A stretch of 64,000 nt of DNA from an uncultured archaeon (GCA_963787445.1 CAWBCT010000005.1:384001-448000); one strand, 5' to 3'; counted from the stretch's first letter, positions 20,926 to 30,643 are shown. Translations and numbers: made by a program. Notes: generated by a model from the letters alone, not told the origin.

Positions 20926-21477
20926 TTATTTCTTCTCCCTAGTGAGAACCTTGGGTATTCTGACGCCCTTCTGGCCGTTGTACTTCCCGCTGTAGACCTT
21001 CGAGACGGCGCTCATGGTCGAGGCGAAGATGATGTGCGAGAAGCGCACCCCTGGCGTCAGAGCGATCGCGTGGGACGTTGAGTTGAACACCTCGAGCGTT
21101 ATGTTGCCCTCGAAGCCGGCATCGATGATGGTGGGAGGCAACAGTAGGCCATGGCGCGCCCAGGTGCTTCGCAGTTCAACGAAGCCCATTACGTTGTTTG
21201 GCATCTTAATGTACTCTTCGGTTGACATCAACACCTGCTCATGCGCATTTACTATCAACCTCTCGGCATTCTTCTCTATCGTGTACTCCTTTTCCACGTG
21301 CTCCTGGTTGTAGGGGTCCAATATGAAGTCCTTGCCCATTTTGGGGTTGTGGCGCGCGAGCTCGTCCGCAAGGCGGAGGTCGACACCGTTCTCGCGGATC
21401 AGGTCCTGGTTGAAGGGCTCTATCTGGAGGCGCTTGGCGCGTATCATATTTTCCAGGTCAAAATCAGAGAGTATCAT
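20926..21477 (-). CDS. dcd: dCTP deaminase
   Basis: MILSD, DLRL, RSTWARHG, IDAGFEGNITLE, KYNGQ. Confidence 0.95.
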   Translation of the reverse strand: MILSDFDLENMIRAKRLQIEPFNQDLIRENGVDLRLADELARHNPKMGKDFILDPYNQEHVEKEYTIEKNAERLIVNAHEQVLMSTEEYIKMPNNVMGFVELRSTWARHGLLLPPTIIDAGFEGNITLEVFNSTSHAIALTPGVRFSHIIFASTMSAVSKVYSGKYNGQKGVRIPKVLTREKK

Positions 21478-22112
21478 TCGTTCACCAGTATCTCCATTAC
21501 GGCGCTAATCCCCTTAAGGATCTCTTCTGTTATCTCCTGCGGTTTCCTGCGGGCGTTGATCTTGACCCACTTGTCCGCTCCGTAGCTCTCATTGTAGAGC
21601 TTGTCGTAGAACACTTTGATTTTCTCCTGAAACGCTATATCCCTTTCGTTCCTGTCCGCAGAAAGCTGTTTCTGCTTTTTCTTCCTTTTGGATGCCTCCT
21701 TGGGGGAGATGTCGAAGTAAAACACGAGCGTTGGCCGCGGCAGTTCCATCACGTCCCGCGCTATCATCTTTATCTTCTCGTGGTCGAAGCCGCGCGAGGA
21801 CTGGTAGGCGATGGTAGAGAAACAGTACCTGTCCAGGAATACCACTTTGCCTTCTGCGAGGTCGTGCTCCAGCCGCGTCTTGTCGGCAGCCATGTCAAGG
21901 AGGAATAGGCATACCTCATCCAAAGGCGTGAGTTCTATCTTGCCTGCAAGGAACTGCTCCCGGATGATCTTGCCGTAGAACTGGTCGTGGGTAGGGTAGG
22001 AATACACGCTTGTCTTTATCCCTTCCTCATTAAGGCGCTTCGAGATGAGGGGTATCTGGGTGGACTTGCCGGAACCGTCGACCCCTTCCAAGCATACCAG
22101 AATGCCTTCCAT
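21474..22112 (-). CDS. tmk: thymidylate kinase
   Basis: EGVDGSGKST P-loop; DRYCFSTIAYQ. Confidence 0.93.
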   Translation of the reverse strand: MEGILVCLEGVDGSGKSTQIPLISKRLNEEGIKTSVYSYPTHDQFYGKIIREQFLAGKIELTPLDEVCLFLLDMAADKTRLEHDLAEGKVVFLDRYCFSTIAYQSSRGFDHEKIKMIARDVMELPRPTLVFYFDISPKEASKRKKKQKQLSADRNERDIAFQEKIKVFYDKLYNESYGADKWVKINARRKPQEITEEILKGISAVMEILVNE

Positions 22113-22176
22113 GCCTCCACGCTTATAGATTGCTGTAACAATATTTATATTACTGAATAACGCCATATAAGAATGC

Positions 22177-22251
22177 GCTCCTATCGTCTAGTTCGGCCAA
22201 GGACGCGGGGCTTTCAATCCCGCAACCCGGGTTCAAATCCCGGTGGGAGCA
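22177..22251 (+). tRNA. tRNA-Glu(TTC)
   Basis: cloverleaf GCTCCTA/TGGGAGC; anticodon loop CTTTCAA. Confidence 0.93.
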
Positions 22252-22382
22252 ATCTTCTTGTAGCACCCCACACAGATGTGATATTTAGTTACCTTGTTTT
22301 CTTTTGTGGGCGGTGAAAAAAGTAGCGCTCCAAACCTTGTGAGCTCCTTGCCGCACAGGTCACAGAGCGGTTTTATAGCCAT
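22233..22382 (-). CDS. 49-aa Zn-finger microprotein, not in the ORF track
   Basis: MAIKPLCDLCGKELTRFGALLFSPPTKENKVTKYHICVGCYKKIAPTGI; starts 8 nt after the upstream gene's stop. Confidence 0.7.
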   Translation of the reverse strand: MAIKPLCDLCGKELTRFGALLFSPPTKENKVTKYHICVGCYKKIAPTGI

Positions 22383-22390
22383 ATTAGCAT

Positions 22391-22765
22391 CTATCCGAAT
22401 ATTGCGCCGAGTCCCTGCTCGCTGCTCTCTCTTTCTCCTTCAACTAGGCTTATGACCTTTGTCTCGGTCTCCGGATCTGCGCGGGCTACGCTCTTTAGAG
22501 AGGCTTTCAGCTTCTTGTCCGCGCCAGCCAGGAACTCGTCGCTTGCGCTTAGGTATAGATAGTACTTGCTCCTGTCCAGGCCTACTGAGATTCCGTCCTT
22601 TATGCTGTAGTCCTGCCTTGTGAATATTACGTTTGCCTGGGGGTCGTCCTTCAGAGCCGCCAGCTGGACATCGGTGAGGTTTTTGTCAAGATACGGGTCG
22701 TACTCCATGAGCTTCTTCAGGTCGTTTGCCTCAGAGGCATCGCAGGTGTAGACACGCGAGGTAAT
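22391..22765 (-). CDS. hypothetical protein downstream of rps8e; probable ATT start at 22765 (first ATG 22708)
   Basis: frame stays open to a GGTGA SD that overlaps the rps8e stop; host-like codon usage. Confidence 0.7.
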   Translation of the reverse strand: MTSRVYTCDASEANDLKKLMEYDPYLDKNLTDVQLAALKDDPQANVIFTRQDYSIKDGISVGLDRSKYYLYLSASDEFLAGADKKLKASLKSVARADPETETKVISLVEGERESSEQGLGAIFG

Positions 22766-22769
22766 GCAA

Positions 22770-23165
22770 TCACCCTAGAAGGCGAGCGTTGATGCTGCCT
22801 TCCCTTCCGGGCCTGTTGGTTATGACCGCCTTTCCCTCATCGGTGTCGATCACCGTGCCCTTGGTCATGATCTTCAGACGCGCAAAGTTGCGGTTGTCCT
22901 TGGATTCTAGGATTGCCTTGATCTTTACCTTCTTGTAGGCCTTCCCCACAAGCAGGTTGGCAAATGCGGCGTACTTCAGCCTGTTCTTTACGAGGGCCCC
23001 GCGTCCGCGCCCCTTGTTTATCTTGTTTGCCTCGCCAAGCCTGGTGTTGGCGAAGTTTCCTCCCATCTCAAATCTCTTCTTGTCCCTGCTCTTCTTCTTT
23101 AGTTTGCCGTTACCGTAAGACTTTCTATTCGACTTGCCGTGAAGCTGCGATCCAAATTGGCTCAT
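22770..23165 (-). CDS. rps8e: 30S ribosomal protein eS8
   Basis: KKRFEMG, TKGTVIDT.EGKAVITNRPGREG. Confidence 0.95.
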   Translation of the reverse strand: MSQFGSQLHGKSNRKSYGNGKLKKKSRDKKRFEMGGNFANTRLGEANKINKGRGRGALVKNRLKYAAFANLLVGKAYKKVKIKAILESKDNRNFARLKIMTKGTVIDTDEGKAVITNRPGREGSINARLLG

Positions 23166-23228
23166 GCTGACACTCTCCTAAGTATTCTTATAGTATATGT
23201 TAGATAAGGATTATAATCGTTGTGGAGC

Positions 23229-23663
23229 ATGGACTTTCCCAAGACCAAACCGTATGCCTGCCTGGTACGCTCTGAAAGGGGTAAGGAGGAGCTATTGCAT
23301 ACGGCCAATGACCTATCAAAGGGCTCTACGTTCGTGCTTATCCTCAAGAATGACACAGCCGTTGCAAAACGCCTTTTCCCCGCCTTTGTATCCTCTTTTG
23401 TCAGGTACGGGGAGCGTGGGATGCGCTCCGGCAGCCTTCAGAAGGAGATTATGCTCTTTGTTGCTGGAACCATGAACATAGGCAGCGCGATAAAATCGGT
23501 GGGCGTCGTGTCCGGCGATGATTTCTTGGTATTTGCGAGCGATAGGAAGTTGTGTTCCGCTTTTCTGGAAAAAATAGATGGTAAAAAAATTAAGGACGTG
23601 GGTCTGACTCTAGACAAGCTGATTGCTTCGGAAGTGGCAACGGCCGGGATAAAGGAGAGTTAA
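23229..23663 (+). CDS. cgi121: KEOPS subunit Cgi121-like protein
   Basis: SLQKEIMLFVAGTMNIGSAIKSVG matches the Cgi121 pattern. Confidence 0.65.
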   Translation: MDFPKTKPYACLVRSERGKEELLHTANDLSKGSTFVLILKNDTAVAKRLFPAFVSSFVRYGERGMRSGSLQKEIMLFVAGTMNIGSAIKSVGVVSGDDFLVFASDRKLCSAFLEKIDGKKIKDVGLTLDKLIASEVATAGIKES

Positions 23664-24319
23664 ACAGAGTTTGCCGCCGTTTCGATCTCGGAATTTAGTA
23701 GCTGGTATATCCTGGATGCCTTTTTCTTCCCGATCTTGTTAACCTCCATCAGCTCCTCTGTTGTTGCATTGGAGATGTTGCGCAGCGTCTTGAAATGTGA
23801 CAGGAGATTCTTTGCGAGTGAGTTTCCAACGCCGGGCAGCGTACTCAGGATGGCAAGTTGCCATTGGTACAGGGTGAACGCCCTCTTGTTTCCCGATATC
23901 CTTGGTTCTCTGTGTTCTGTGCTTTGCTCCCTTTCCGCGACCTTTGAGAGGACGTAGGAGGTTTCTGTCGCATCCTCGGTGAGTATTACCTGGATGTTGT
24001 GGTCCACGTAAAGCGCCATTATCGCCCCAAGGATAACATTTTTGGAGAGTGAGGAGTAGTCGAATCCTCCCTCGATTATTAGCATCGGCCTTGTGTAACC
24101 CTCCTGCAACCGCTTCGCTTGCTCGAAAAGCCGCGAGTCGATTATGGAGCGCTCGAAGTCCTGCGCCGTCTTTCTCTCTACCCCAATCCGGTCTGAGATA
24201 ATGTAGTCCCCGACGGGCAGGGTGGTGAAAGAGAGTTTCACGTTATTGTTTGCAAGCGAATCGATTATCTCGAGGTTACGTTCCCGATTATCAATAATCA
24301 TGTGAAGTTCTTGCGCCAA
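23660..24319 (-). CDS. short XPF/ERCC4 nuclease with HhH2 domain
   Basis: IDNRE, VGDY, VERK motifs; C-terminal HhH pair. Confidence 0.92.
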   Translation of the reverse strand: MAQELHMIIDNRERNLEIIDSLANNNVKLSFTTLPVGDYIISDRIGVERKTAQDFERSIIDSRLFEQAKRLQEGYTRPMLIIEGGFDYSSLSKNVILGAIMALYVDHNIQVILTEDATETSYVLSKVAEREQSTEHREPRISGNKRAFTLYQWQLAILSTLPGVGNSLAKNLLSHFKTLRNISNATTEELMEVNKIGKKKASRIYQLLNSEIETAANSV

Positions 24320-24326
24320 GAGATCA

Positions 24327-26024
24327 TCAGTAGGATAATGTAAAGGACCTGGTTTCTATCTCTTCGTGAATTTTTGTGATGAACTCTTCGGTGGCAATGC
24401 CAAATGTCTGCTTTCCAGACCTGCTCCGAATGGTTATCTTGCCACTTTCTTCCTCTTTCTTCCCGACCACTACCATGTAAGGAATCTTCATCAGTATTGC
24501 TTCTCGTATCTTGTTCTCTAGGGTCTTATTCCCGATGTCTATCTCTGTCCTTATCTGGTTTTTCCTAAGCTCTGTGTAGATTTTTTCTGCATAGCCATTG
24601 TTCTGTTCGGAAATTGTTATGACGCGCGCTTGTACCGGTGCCATCCAGGTGGGAAACTTGCCTTGCACATGTTCCGTGAGAACGCCTATGAAACGTTCCA
24701 GGGAACCGTAGATGACGCGGTGTATCATTACAGGGGTGTGCTCCTTGCCGTCTTCGCCCGTATATTCCAGGCCGAACCGCTGTGGCTGCTGGTAATCGAG
24801 CTGCACGGTTGCACATTGCCACTCCCTACCCATCGAGTCTTTGATGTCGAAGTCTATCTTGGGCCCGTAGAAGGCCCCCTCCTTGGGCTTTATCTCGTAC
24901 TTTATGTTGTTGTGCTTGAGCGCGTGCTCCAGCGACTCTGTTGCTTTTGCCCATAGGGCCTCATCGCCAAGGTGCTTGTCCGGCATCGTGGAGAGCTTTG
25001 CCTTGTATTCAAGGTTGAACTTGGCGTACAGCTCTTTGATCATGGTCAGGAGCTTTGTTAGCTCATTTTCGACCTGCGAGTCCATAACGAAAATGTGGGC
25101 GTCGTCCTGCGTCATCTCGCGCACGCGGAAGAGGCCGGTCAGCGCGCCGCTGATCTCGTTTCGGTAAAGCTTGTCGAAATCCGCAAGCCTGAGTGGAAGG
25201 TCCCTGTAGCTCCATTTTCTTGATTTGTATATTAGGATTGTTGAAGGGCAGTTCATGGGCTTTAGCCCCATCTCCTGCCCCTCGGAGCTCAACATGAACA
25301 TGTCGTCCTTGTACTTCTCTATGTGGCCGCTCACGTGCCAGAGGGCAATGTTCGCAAAGGCCGGCGTTGCTATCTCCTTGTAATCATACTCGGTAAGCTT
25401 TTCCCGGATGTATTTTATGAGCTCCTTGAATATTATCAGCCCGTTGTTGTGCCAGTAAACCATCCCGGGCGAAACTTCCTGGAAGCTGTAGAGGTCGAGG
25501 CGCTCTCCGATGGTGCGGTGGTCCGTGTCGGGCAGGCCAGCCCAGCTGCTTTTCCTGACCAGAGAGGTGTTCACGCTCATGGGTCGGACCTTCTTGTAGG
25601 TCTTCTCCTCTGCTCCTTCAGGGTAGTAGGAGCGGGATTGTTCTGCGAGCGGATGCCCTTTTATGTCAAGGCTGAGTTTTTTGTTCCAGCCAAATGGGCC
25701 CCTGAGAACCTCCACGCCTTCCGGGGCGTTTTTGCATAGATAGTTTATTATTGTGAGGGCGTCTTCGGGGGAAGCGAGGTTGTTGCTAAGGTGTGCGTAG
25801 GGATATATCACAAGACGCTTGCGCTGCAATTTCTCTAGATAGCTTGCTGTGTCCTTTGCTGCTTTCTCAGCCATCTCGAGCGTGTCCCCCTTTTCTACAG
25901 AAACCAACAGCACCAATGCCAGGTCTATGGAAACCTTCTCCTTCTTCACGTCGTCGTAGATCTTTGCCTCTGGCTTTACCGGAAGGTAGGTGATGTTGTC
26001 TACGTCTAGCTGAAGAATCTTCAT
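24327..26024 (-). CDS. thrS: threonyl-tRNA synthetase
   Basis: archaeal editing domain (YPYAHL, KGHPLAE) plus KPMNCP, QDDAH, GAFYGPKID, HRVIYGSLERF. Confidence 0.97.
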   Translation of the reverse strand: MKILQLDVDNITYLPVKPEAKIYDDVKKEKVSIDLALVLLVSVEKGDTLEMAEKAAKDTASYLEKLQRKRLVIYPYAHLSNNLASPEDALTIINYLCKNAPEGVEVLRGPFGWNKKLSLDIKGHPLAEQSRSYYPEGAEEKTYKKVRPMSVNTSLVRKSSWAGLPDTDHRTIGERLDLYSFQEVSPGMVYWHNNGLIIFKELIKYIREKLTEYDYKEIATPAFANIALWHVSGHIEKYKDDMFMLSSEGQEMGLKPMNCPSTILIYKSRKWSYRDLPLRLADFDKLYRNEISGALTGLFRVREMTQDDAHIFVMDSQVENELTKLLTMIKELYAKFNLEYKAKLSTMPDKHLGDEALWAKATESLEHALKHNNIKYEIKPKEGAFYGPKIDFDIKDSMGREWQCATVQLDYQQPQRFGLEYTGEDGKEHTPVMIHRVIYGSLERFIGVLTEHVQGKFPTWMAPVQARVITISEQNNGYAEKIYTELRKNQIRTEIDIGNKTLENKIREAILMKIPYMVVVGKKEEESGKITIRSRSGKQTFGIATEEFITKIHEEIETRSFTLSY

Positions 26025-26118
26025 TTCATTACCGCTGCGATTGAGAGTATTTTAGATTATGTTAATATATGGTTTTTGCATTTGGCACACGGCCATGGCT
26101 CCGAAACCTATAAATAGC

Positions 26119-26144
26119 ATAATGTTATAACATTATCTAACATT
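26119..26144. promoter_or_regulatory. 18-bp palindrome ATAATGTTATAACATTAT plus an extra TAACATT half-site, between TATA box and ATG of the RHH gene
   Basis: perfect palindrome 26119-26136; third half-site 26138-26144. Confidence 0.7.
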
Positions 26145-26152
26145 GTGATGCT

Positions 26153-26371
26153 ATGGATTCAAAGAAAATAGAGGGCAGAAGATACACCTCAATAACGATA
26201 CCTGCACCGCTCTTTGTGAAGATCAAGAAGAGCATAGAGAACACGGGTTTCTCTTCCGTTTCCGACTACTGCACCTTCGTCCTGCGGGAGACGCTGGTCG
26301 AGATGAACAAGAAGAGCAAGACCAAGGGTGCGGTGATAAGGAAGCTTGAGGCGCTGGGGTATTTTGGGTGA
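26153..26371 (+). CDS. CopG/ribbon-helix-helix regulator with C-terminal LxxLGY motif
   Basis: YTSITIP strand, TGFSSVSDYCTFVLRE helices, KLEALGYF tail. Confidence 0.85.
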   Translation: MDSKKIEGRRYTSITIPAPLFVKIKKSIENTGFSSVSDYCTFVLRETLVEMNKKSKTKGAVIRKLEALGYFG

Positions 26372-26670
26372 TTCCTATGAAAAACGCTTTTGATGATACT
26401 GTGAAGGCCCTCTGGAAGAACCAGAGCAAGGCCAATTGGGAGAAGCTCCGCAGGGCTCTCAAGACGGGCGGTGTGAAGTACTATGCGGTCGCGTTTGAGA
26501 AGGGGAAGCTGAACAAGACCCAGGACCTCACCAAGTCCTACGCCGAGCTTTACGATGCAAAGGAGAGGCCTGTTGGGCGCGTGCCAATCTTCATTAAGGA
26601 GGGCAAGGGGGTCCGCGGTGCAACGATCTACCTGACAGGGCTTCTGAACACAAGAAGGGCGATAGAATGA
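26368..26670 (+). CDS. hypothetical protein in the cys operon
   Basis: overlaps both neighbours by 4 nt; host-like codons. Confidence 0.7.
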   Translation: MIPMKNAFDDTVKALWKNQSKANWEKLRRALKTGGVKYYAVAFEKGKLNKTQDLTKSYAELYDAKERPVGRVPIFIKEGKGVRGATIYLTGLLNTRRAIE

Positions 26671-27455
26671 TAAAACAAGAGTTAAACGGATTGGAGGAGA
26701 AGAGCATTTACATCATTAGAGAGTCCATGAACAACTTCAAGAACGTCGCGGCGCTCTGGAGCATGGGCAAGGACAGCACAACGATGCTTGCGCTTGCGAG
26801 GAAGGCATTCCTGGGCAAGGTCCCGTTCCCGGTGATACACATAGACAATGGGATCGACTTTCCCGAGACGTACGCGTTCAGGGAGGAGCTGGCGAAGAAG
26901 TGGAAGCTTGACCTGATAGTAGAGAAGAGCCACATAAAGAAGGAGATGTCCGGATTCGCATGCTGCGGGGCAAACAAGACGGTTGCACTGAAGAAGGTCA
27001 TGAAGGAGCACGGCTTTGATGCGCTTATCGTCTCCATAAGGAGGGATGAGCACGGGATAAGAGCAAAGGAGAGGTATGTAAGCCCGCGCGACGCTGCATT
27101 CAAGTGGAACTACAAGAACCAGCCTGCAGAGGTTTGGGGCAACTATCTCTCCAAGCTTGACAGCGGCGAGCACTTCAGGGTGCACCCGCTTCTGGACTGG
27201 AACGAGATTGACGTATGGAACTACACCAGGAGAGAAAAGGTTCCCATGAATCCACTTTACATCTCAAGGAATGGCTATAGGTATAGGAGCCTTGGATGCA
27301 CGCACTGCACGGTTGCACTAAAGTCAAATGCGGGTACTATACCAGAAATAATTGATGAACTTGAGAGTACGGGTGTTGAAGAACGTTCAGGTAGGTCTCA
27401 GGATAAAGAAAAGGCCTATGTGATGTCGAAGCTCAGATCATTGGGCTATATGTAG
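26667..27455 (+). CDS. cysD: sulfate adenylyltransferase subunit 2
   Basis: WSMGKDS PP-loop, RRDEHGIRAKER, RVHPL, YRSLGC, C-terminal LRSLGYM. Confidence 0.93.
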   Translation: MIKQELNGLEEKSIYIIRESMNNFKNVAALWSMGKDSTTMLALARKAFLGKVPFPVIHIDNGIDFPETYAFREELAKKWKLDLIVEKSHIKKEMSGFACCGANKTVALKKVMKEHGFDALIVSIRRDEHGIRAKERYVSPRDAAFKWNYKNQPAEVWGNYLSKLDSGEHFRVHPLLDWNEIDVWNYTRREKVPMNPLYISRNGYRYRSLGCTHCTVALKSNAGTIPEIIDELESTGVEERSGRSQDKEKAYVMSKLRSLGYM

Positions 27456-28304
27456 GTGTATTCGATGGCAAAGAAAGGTATCAAGCAATCTGTTGGATGG
27501 GTTCAAAAACGTGTTGAATCAAGGAGGGGTTATACGCCTTCTATTGAAACTTTGAAAAAGATGAGTGAGGCAAAATCCGACAAAAAAAACCCGTTTTTGG
27601 GTAAACACCATTCTGAATATTCAAAAGAAAAGTTCCGGAAATCTAGAGCGGGATACAGACACTCTTTAGAAACCATTGAGAAACAACGGGTTGCTAGACT
27701 AAAATATTATAAGGAGCACCCAGAGGAAATTGGTAGAATGCGTGGTGAAAGAAATCCGATGTTTGGTAGGACGGGTGAAGCAAATCCAATGTTTGGTAAA
27801 CATTTGGATCCTAATACTAGAGAGATGTTAAGCAGGATTAGGAAGAATAAATACAAGGGCGATTCTAATCCGTTCTTTGGTAAACATCACTCCGATTTAA
27901 CAAGAGAGAAAATGAGGGCAAAATGGCATACTAGGTCTTTTGCACAAAAAAATAACAAATTAGAATTAAAATTACAGATCGCGCTTATGGCGAGAGGCAT
28001 GGCTTTTAGTACTCACGAGAAAATTGTTGGGAGACCTGATATTTTCATCAAACCAAACATTTGCGTTTTTGTTGACGGATGTTATTGGCATGGTTGTGGA
28101 TGTAAGTTTGATGAGAGGAGGGGTGGGGCGCATGTTTCATATATTAAAACTAGGATTAAACACGATGCCGAGATAAATAATAGTCTTGTGACTTTGGGCT
28201 TTGTGGTGCTTAGATTTTGGGAGCACCAAATTACAGAAAATGTTGAAAAGTGTGTGAATCAAGTGATTGAAGAATCAAATAGAATAGTCATGGTGAATAA
28301 ATGA
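27456..28304 (+). mobile_element. free-standing putative homing endonuclease: NUMOD3 repeats plus Vsr/EDxHD-like nuclease domain
   Basis: NPFLGKHHSE, NPMFGKH and NPFFGKHHSD repeats; PDIF...FVDGCYWHG...LRFWEH; AT-rich; wedged between cysD and cysN. Confidence 0.8.
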
Positions 28305-29515
28305 AAGTAATCAAAGTTACAATGCTTGGACATAAAGATCATGGGAAATCGACGTTGATTGGAAACCTTGCTATACTTACCGGTTCTGCTACTGAGTATA
28401 GAATAAATGAGGCAAAAAAGACGAGCGAGGAACTGGGATTGCAGTTTGAACCTGGTTTTATATTAGATAGTTTTGAGGAAGAGCGCAGGGGTGGCCTTAC
28501 TATAGACACCACGCGGGCTCAGGTGAAGCACGGAAACTCGGCGTTTGAGTTCATAGACGTCCCAGGACATGAGGAGCTTACAAAAAACATGATCAGTGGG
28601 GCATCCTATGCGGACGTAGCGCTTCTGGTCGTTTCCGCGAAGCGAGACGAGGGAATAAAACCGCAAACAAAGAGGCACATCTTCATCGCGAAGATGCTGG
28701 GCATACGGAATTTCGTTGTCGCGGTGAACAAGATGGATCTTTGCGATTATGATGAAAAAGAGTTCAAGGATGTAGAGCATTCGCTTTCATCCTATCTGAA
28801 GAAGCTTGGTTTTGAAAAGAAGAATATGGCATTTATCCCGGTTTCGGCCTATACTGGAGAAAATCTGGTCAAGAAATCCGGCAAAATGGTGTGGTACACT
28901 GGACCGTGCCTCATAGACGTGCTTTCGGCGCTTTCCAAACCGGCAAAGAACACATTGAAAGGCGTTGTTGTTTCACTTCAGGGATTTGTAGGAGGCCAGC
29001 ATGATCTGGTCTCTGGTGCTGTCCTTCTAGGAACGGTCAGGAAGGGTTCGACGCTTAGGTTCCTGCCTTCTGAAAGCAGCGTGAAGGTTAGCGAGATGTT
29101 CGTACGCGGGAAAAAGGTGTCAACTGGAAAGGTGGGTGAGAGCATCGCGATAAAGATGGGCAAGCCGTTGAAGGGAGAGGTTCGCGGCGGGGCACTTTTT
29201 GATGATGGAATAAAGGTAGAACCCAGAAGCAAGCTTGATGTCATCATCTTTTCCACGAGAACCCTCTCGAAGACGCCGGACCTGTTGATTAATGGCATTG
29301 GCGTGGGCTGCAAGAGCTTCGAGATAACTGCTGGCTTTGACATAACAACCGGTGAGAGATCCAAGGTTACAAAGCTTGGCCCGCTTTCGGCGGCTTACGC
29401 AACAGCGCATTTGAAAAAGGAGGTTGTTGTATTACCATTTGAGCAGGTACCTACCATGGGGCGTTTTGTCGTTTATGACAAGAATAAGTTTGCCGGGATA
29501 GGAATGGTGTTGTGA
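28301..29515 (+). CDS. cysN: sulfate adenylyltransferase subunit 1 (GTPase)
   Basis: GHKDHGKST, GLTID, DVPGH, NKMD; downstream of cysD. Confidence 0.9.
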   Translation: MKVIKVTMLGHKDHGKSTLIGNLAILTGSATEYRINEAKKTSEELGLQFEPGFILDSFEEERRGGLTIDTTRAQVKHGNSAFEFIDVPGHEELTKNMISGASYADVALLVVSAKRDEGIKPQTKRHIFIAKMLGIRNFVVAVNKMDLCDYDEKEFKDVEHSLSSYLKKLGFEKKNMAFIPVSAYTGENLVKKSGKMVWYTGPCLIDVLSALSKPAKNTLKGVVVSLQGFVGGQHDLVSGAVLLGTVRKGSTLRFLPSESSVKVSEMFVRGKKVSTGKVGESIAIKMGKPLKGEVRGGALFDDGIKVEPRSKLDVIIFSTRTLSKTPDLLINGIGVGCKSFEITAGFDITTGERSKVTKLGPLSAAYATAHLKKEVVVLPFEQVPTMGRFVVYDKNKFAGIGMVL

Positions 29516-29519
29516 ATCT

Positions 29520-30641
29520 ATGAAAAATGTTCTTATAATGGAGTCGGGCTCGTTTAAGACATTTGGAGGGGCAGCCTATGAGGCCTATGACATCTACAAG
29601 TATCTCAAAAAAACGAGCGGCTTCCGTGTTTGGCTTTATGGCGATTTCTCCAAGATCGATCGCAACGCGGTAACCATAAGCGATGAACAGATGCTGTCGG
29701 GCGTTTACGATGTGGTGATGCTGAACTCCATAAGGGATGTTCCCATCATAGAAAACTATATTCTGAAGGACGTTGTGGGAAGGCCGCGGTTCTTCTATGT
29801 TGATCGTGGCAATGTCCTGCTTAATTTCAACAAGGCGGGGCCGAAGAGGCTTCTGCCAAAGATGATTGCAAGGCGGTACCTTATGGACCGCATGAAGAAG
29901 TGGCTTGACTGCTATGTTGCGCTGTCGGCAGAGCAGTATGAATTTGCAAAGGGTTTCTTTGGCAGCAGGACAAAGATAGTCTACCTCCCGATAGCCCCTA
30001 AGCAGGTGTTCCGCAAAACCAGCAAGAAGACGCCCAGCGGCGCCGCAATCTATGTGGGGAGACTGGATGAGAGACAGAAAAAGGTTGGAAAACTCATAAA
30101 AGGAATCAGCAGAGTAGTTGCCCAGAACCCAAAACTAAGAAGAAACCATCTACTGACACTAGTTGGAGCCGGCCCACTGGAGATGAGGTATAAGGCCTGG
30201 GTCGAGACTGCAGGGCTTAGGAAGAATATTACCTTTGGCGGGCGTGTCGGCGAGAATGAGCTGTTGAAATTGTACAACAGGGCGTCCTTCTTTGTCTCTT
30301 ACTCAGAGTGGGAGGGGATGAGTGCGACATTTCTGGAGGCGATGGCCTGCGGTTTGCCGATGCTGATAAATGACAGGAACAACACCATGATCAAGAAGCG
30401 CCCAGAGAGATGGCTTGTTCAGGATAACTATAACGGCCTGGTCTTTGATTACGCCGACATGGATAGCTTTGCCGGGTGTTTTTACTCACTCTATACGAAG
30501 AGTCGGCTTCGTGGGCGTCTTTCACGAAACGCCTACAGGTTTTCCAAGAAATTCAGCAAGCGGGAGAATCTGGAGTCCTACGGAAAGATTGTCGACCACC
30601 TTGTAAGAAACGTCGCAGTACCGAACCTGGTCTTCATGTAG
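29520..30641 (+). CDS. GT4 glycosyltransferase
   Basis: YVGRL, SEWEGMSATFLEAMACGLP. Confidence 0.92.
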   Translation: MKNVLIMESGSFKTFGGAAYEAYDIYKYLKKTSGFRVWLYGDFSKIDRNAVTISDEQMLSGVYDVVMLNSIRDVPIIENYILKDVVGRPRFFYVDRGNVLLNFNKAGPKRLLPKMIARRYLMDRMKKWLDCYVALSAEQYEFAKGFFGSRTKIVYLPIAPKQVFRKTSKKTPSGAAIYVGRLDERQKKVGKLIKGISRVVAQNPKLRRNHLLTLVGAGPLEMRYKAWVETAGLRKNITFGGRVGENELLKLYNRASFFVSYSEWEGMSATFLEAMACGLPMLINDRNNTMIKKRPERWLVQDNYNGLVFDYADMDSFAGCFYSLYTKSRLRGRLSRNAYRFSKKFSKRENLESYGKIVDHLVRNVAVPNLVFM

Positions 30642-30643
30642 GG

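Noticed and set aside
27456-28304. Endonuclease as part of an intron or intein
   Set aside because: cysD and cysN are each intact with their own stop and start; no intein motifs and no flanking non-coding intron sequence.
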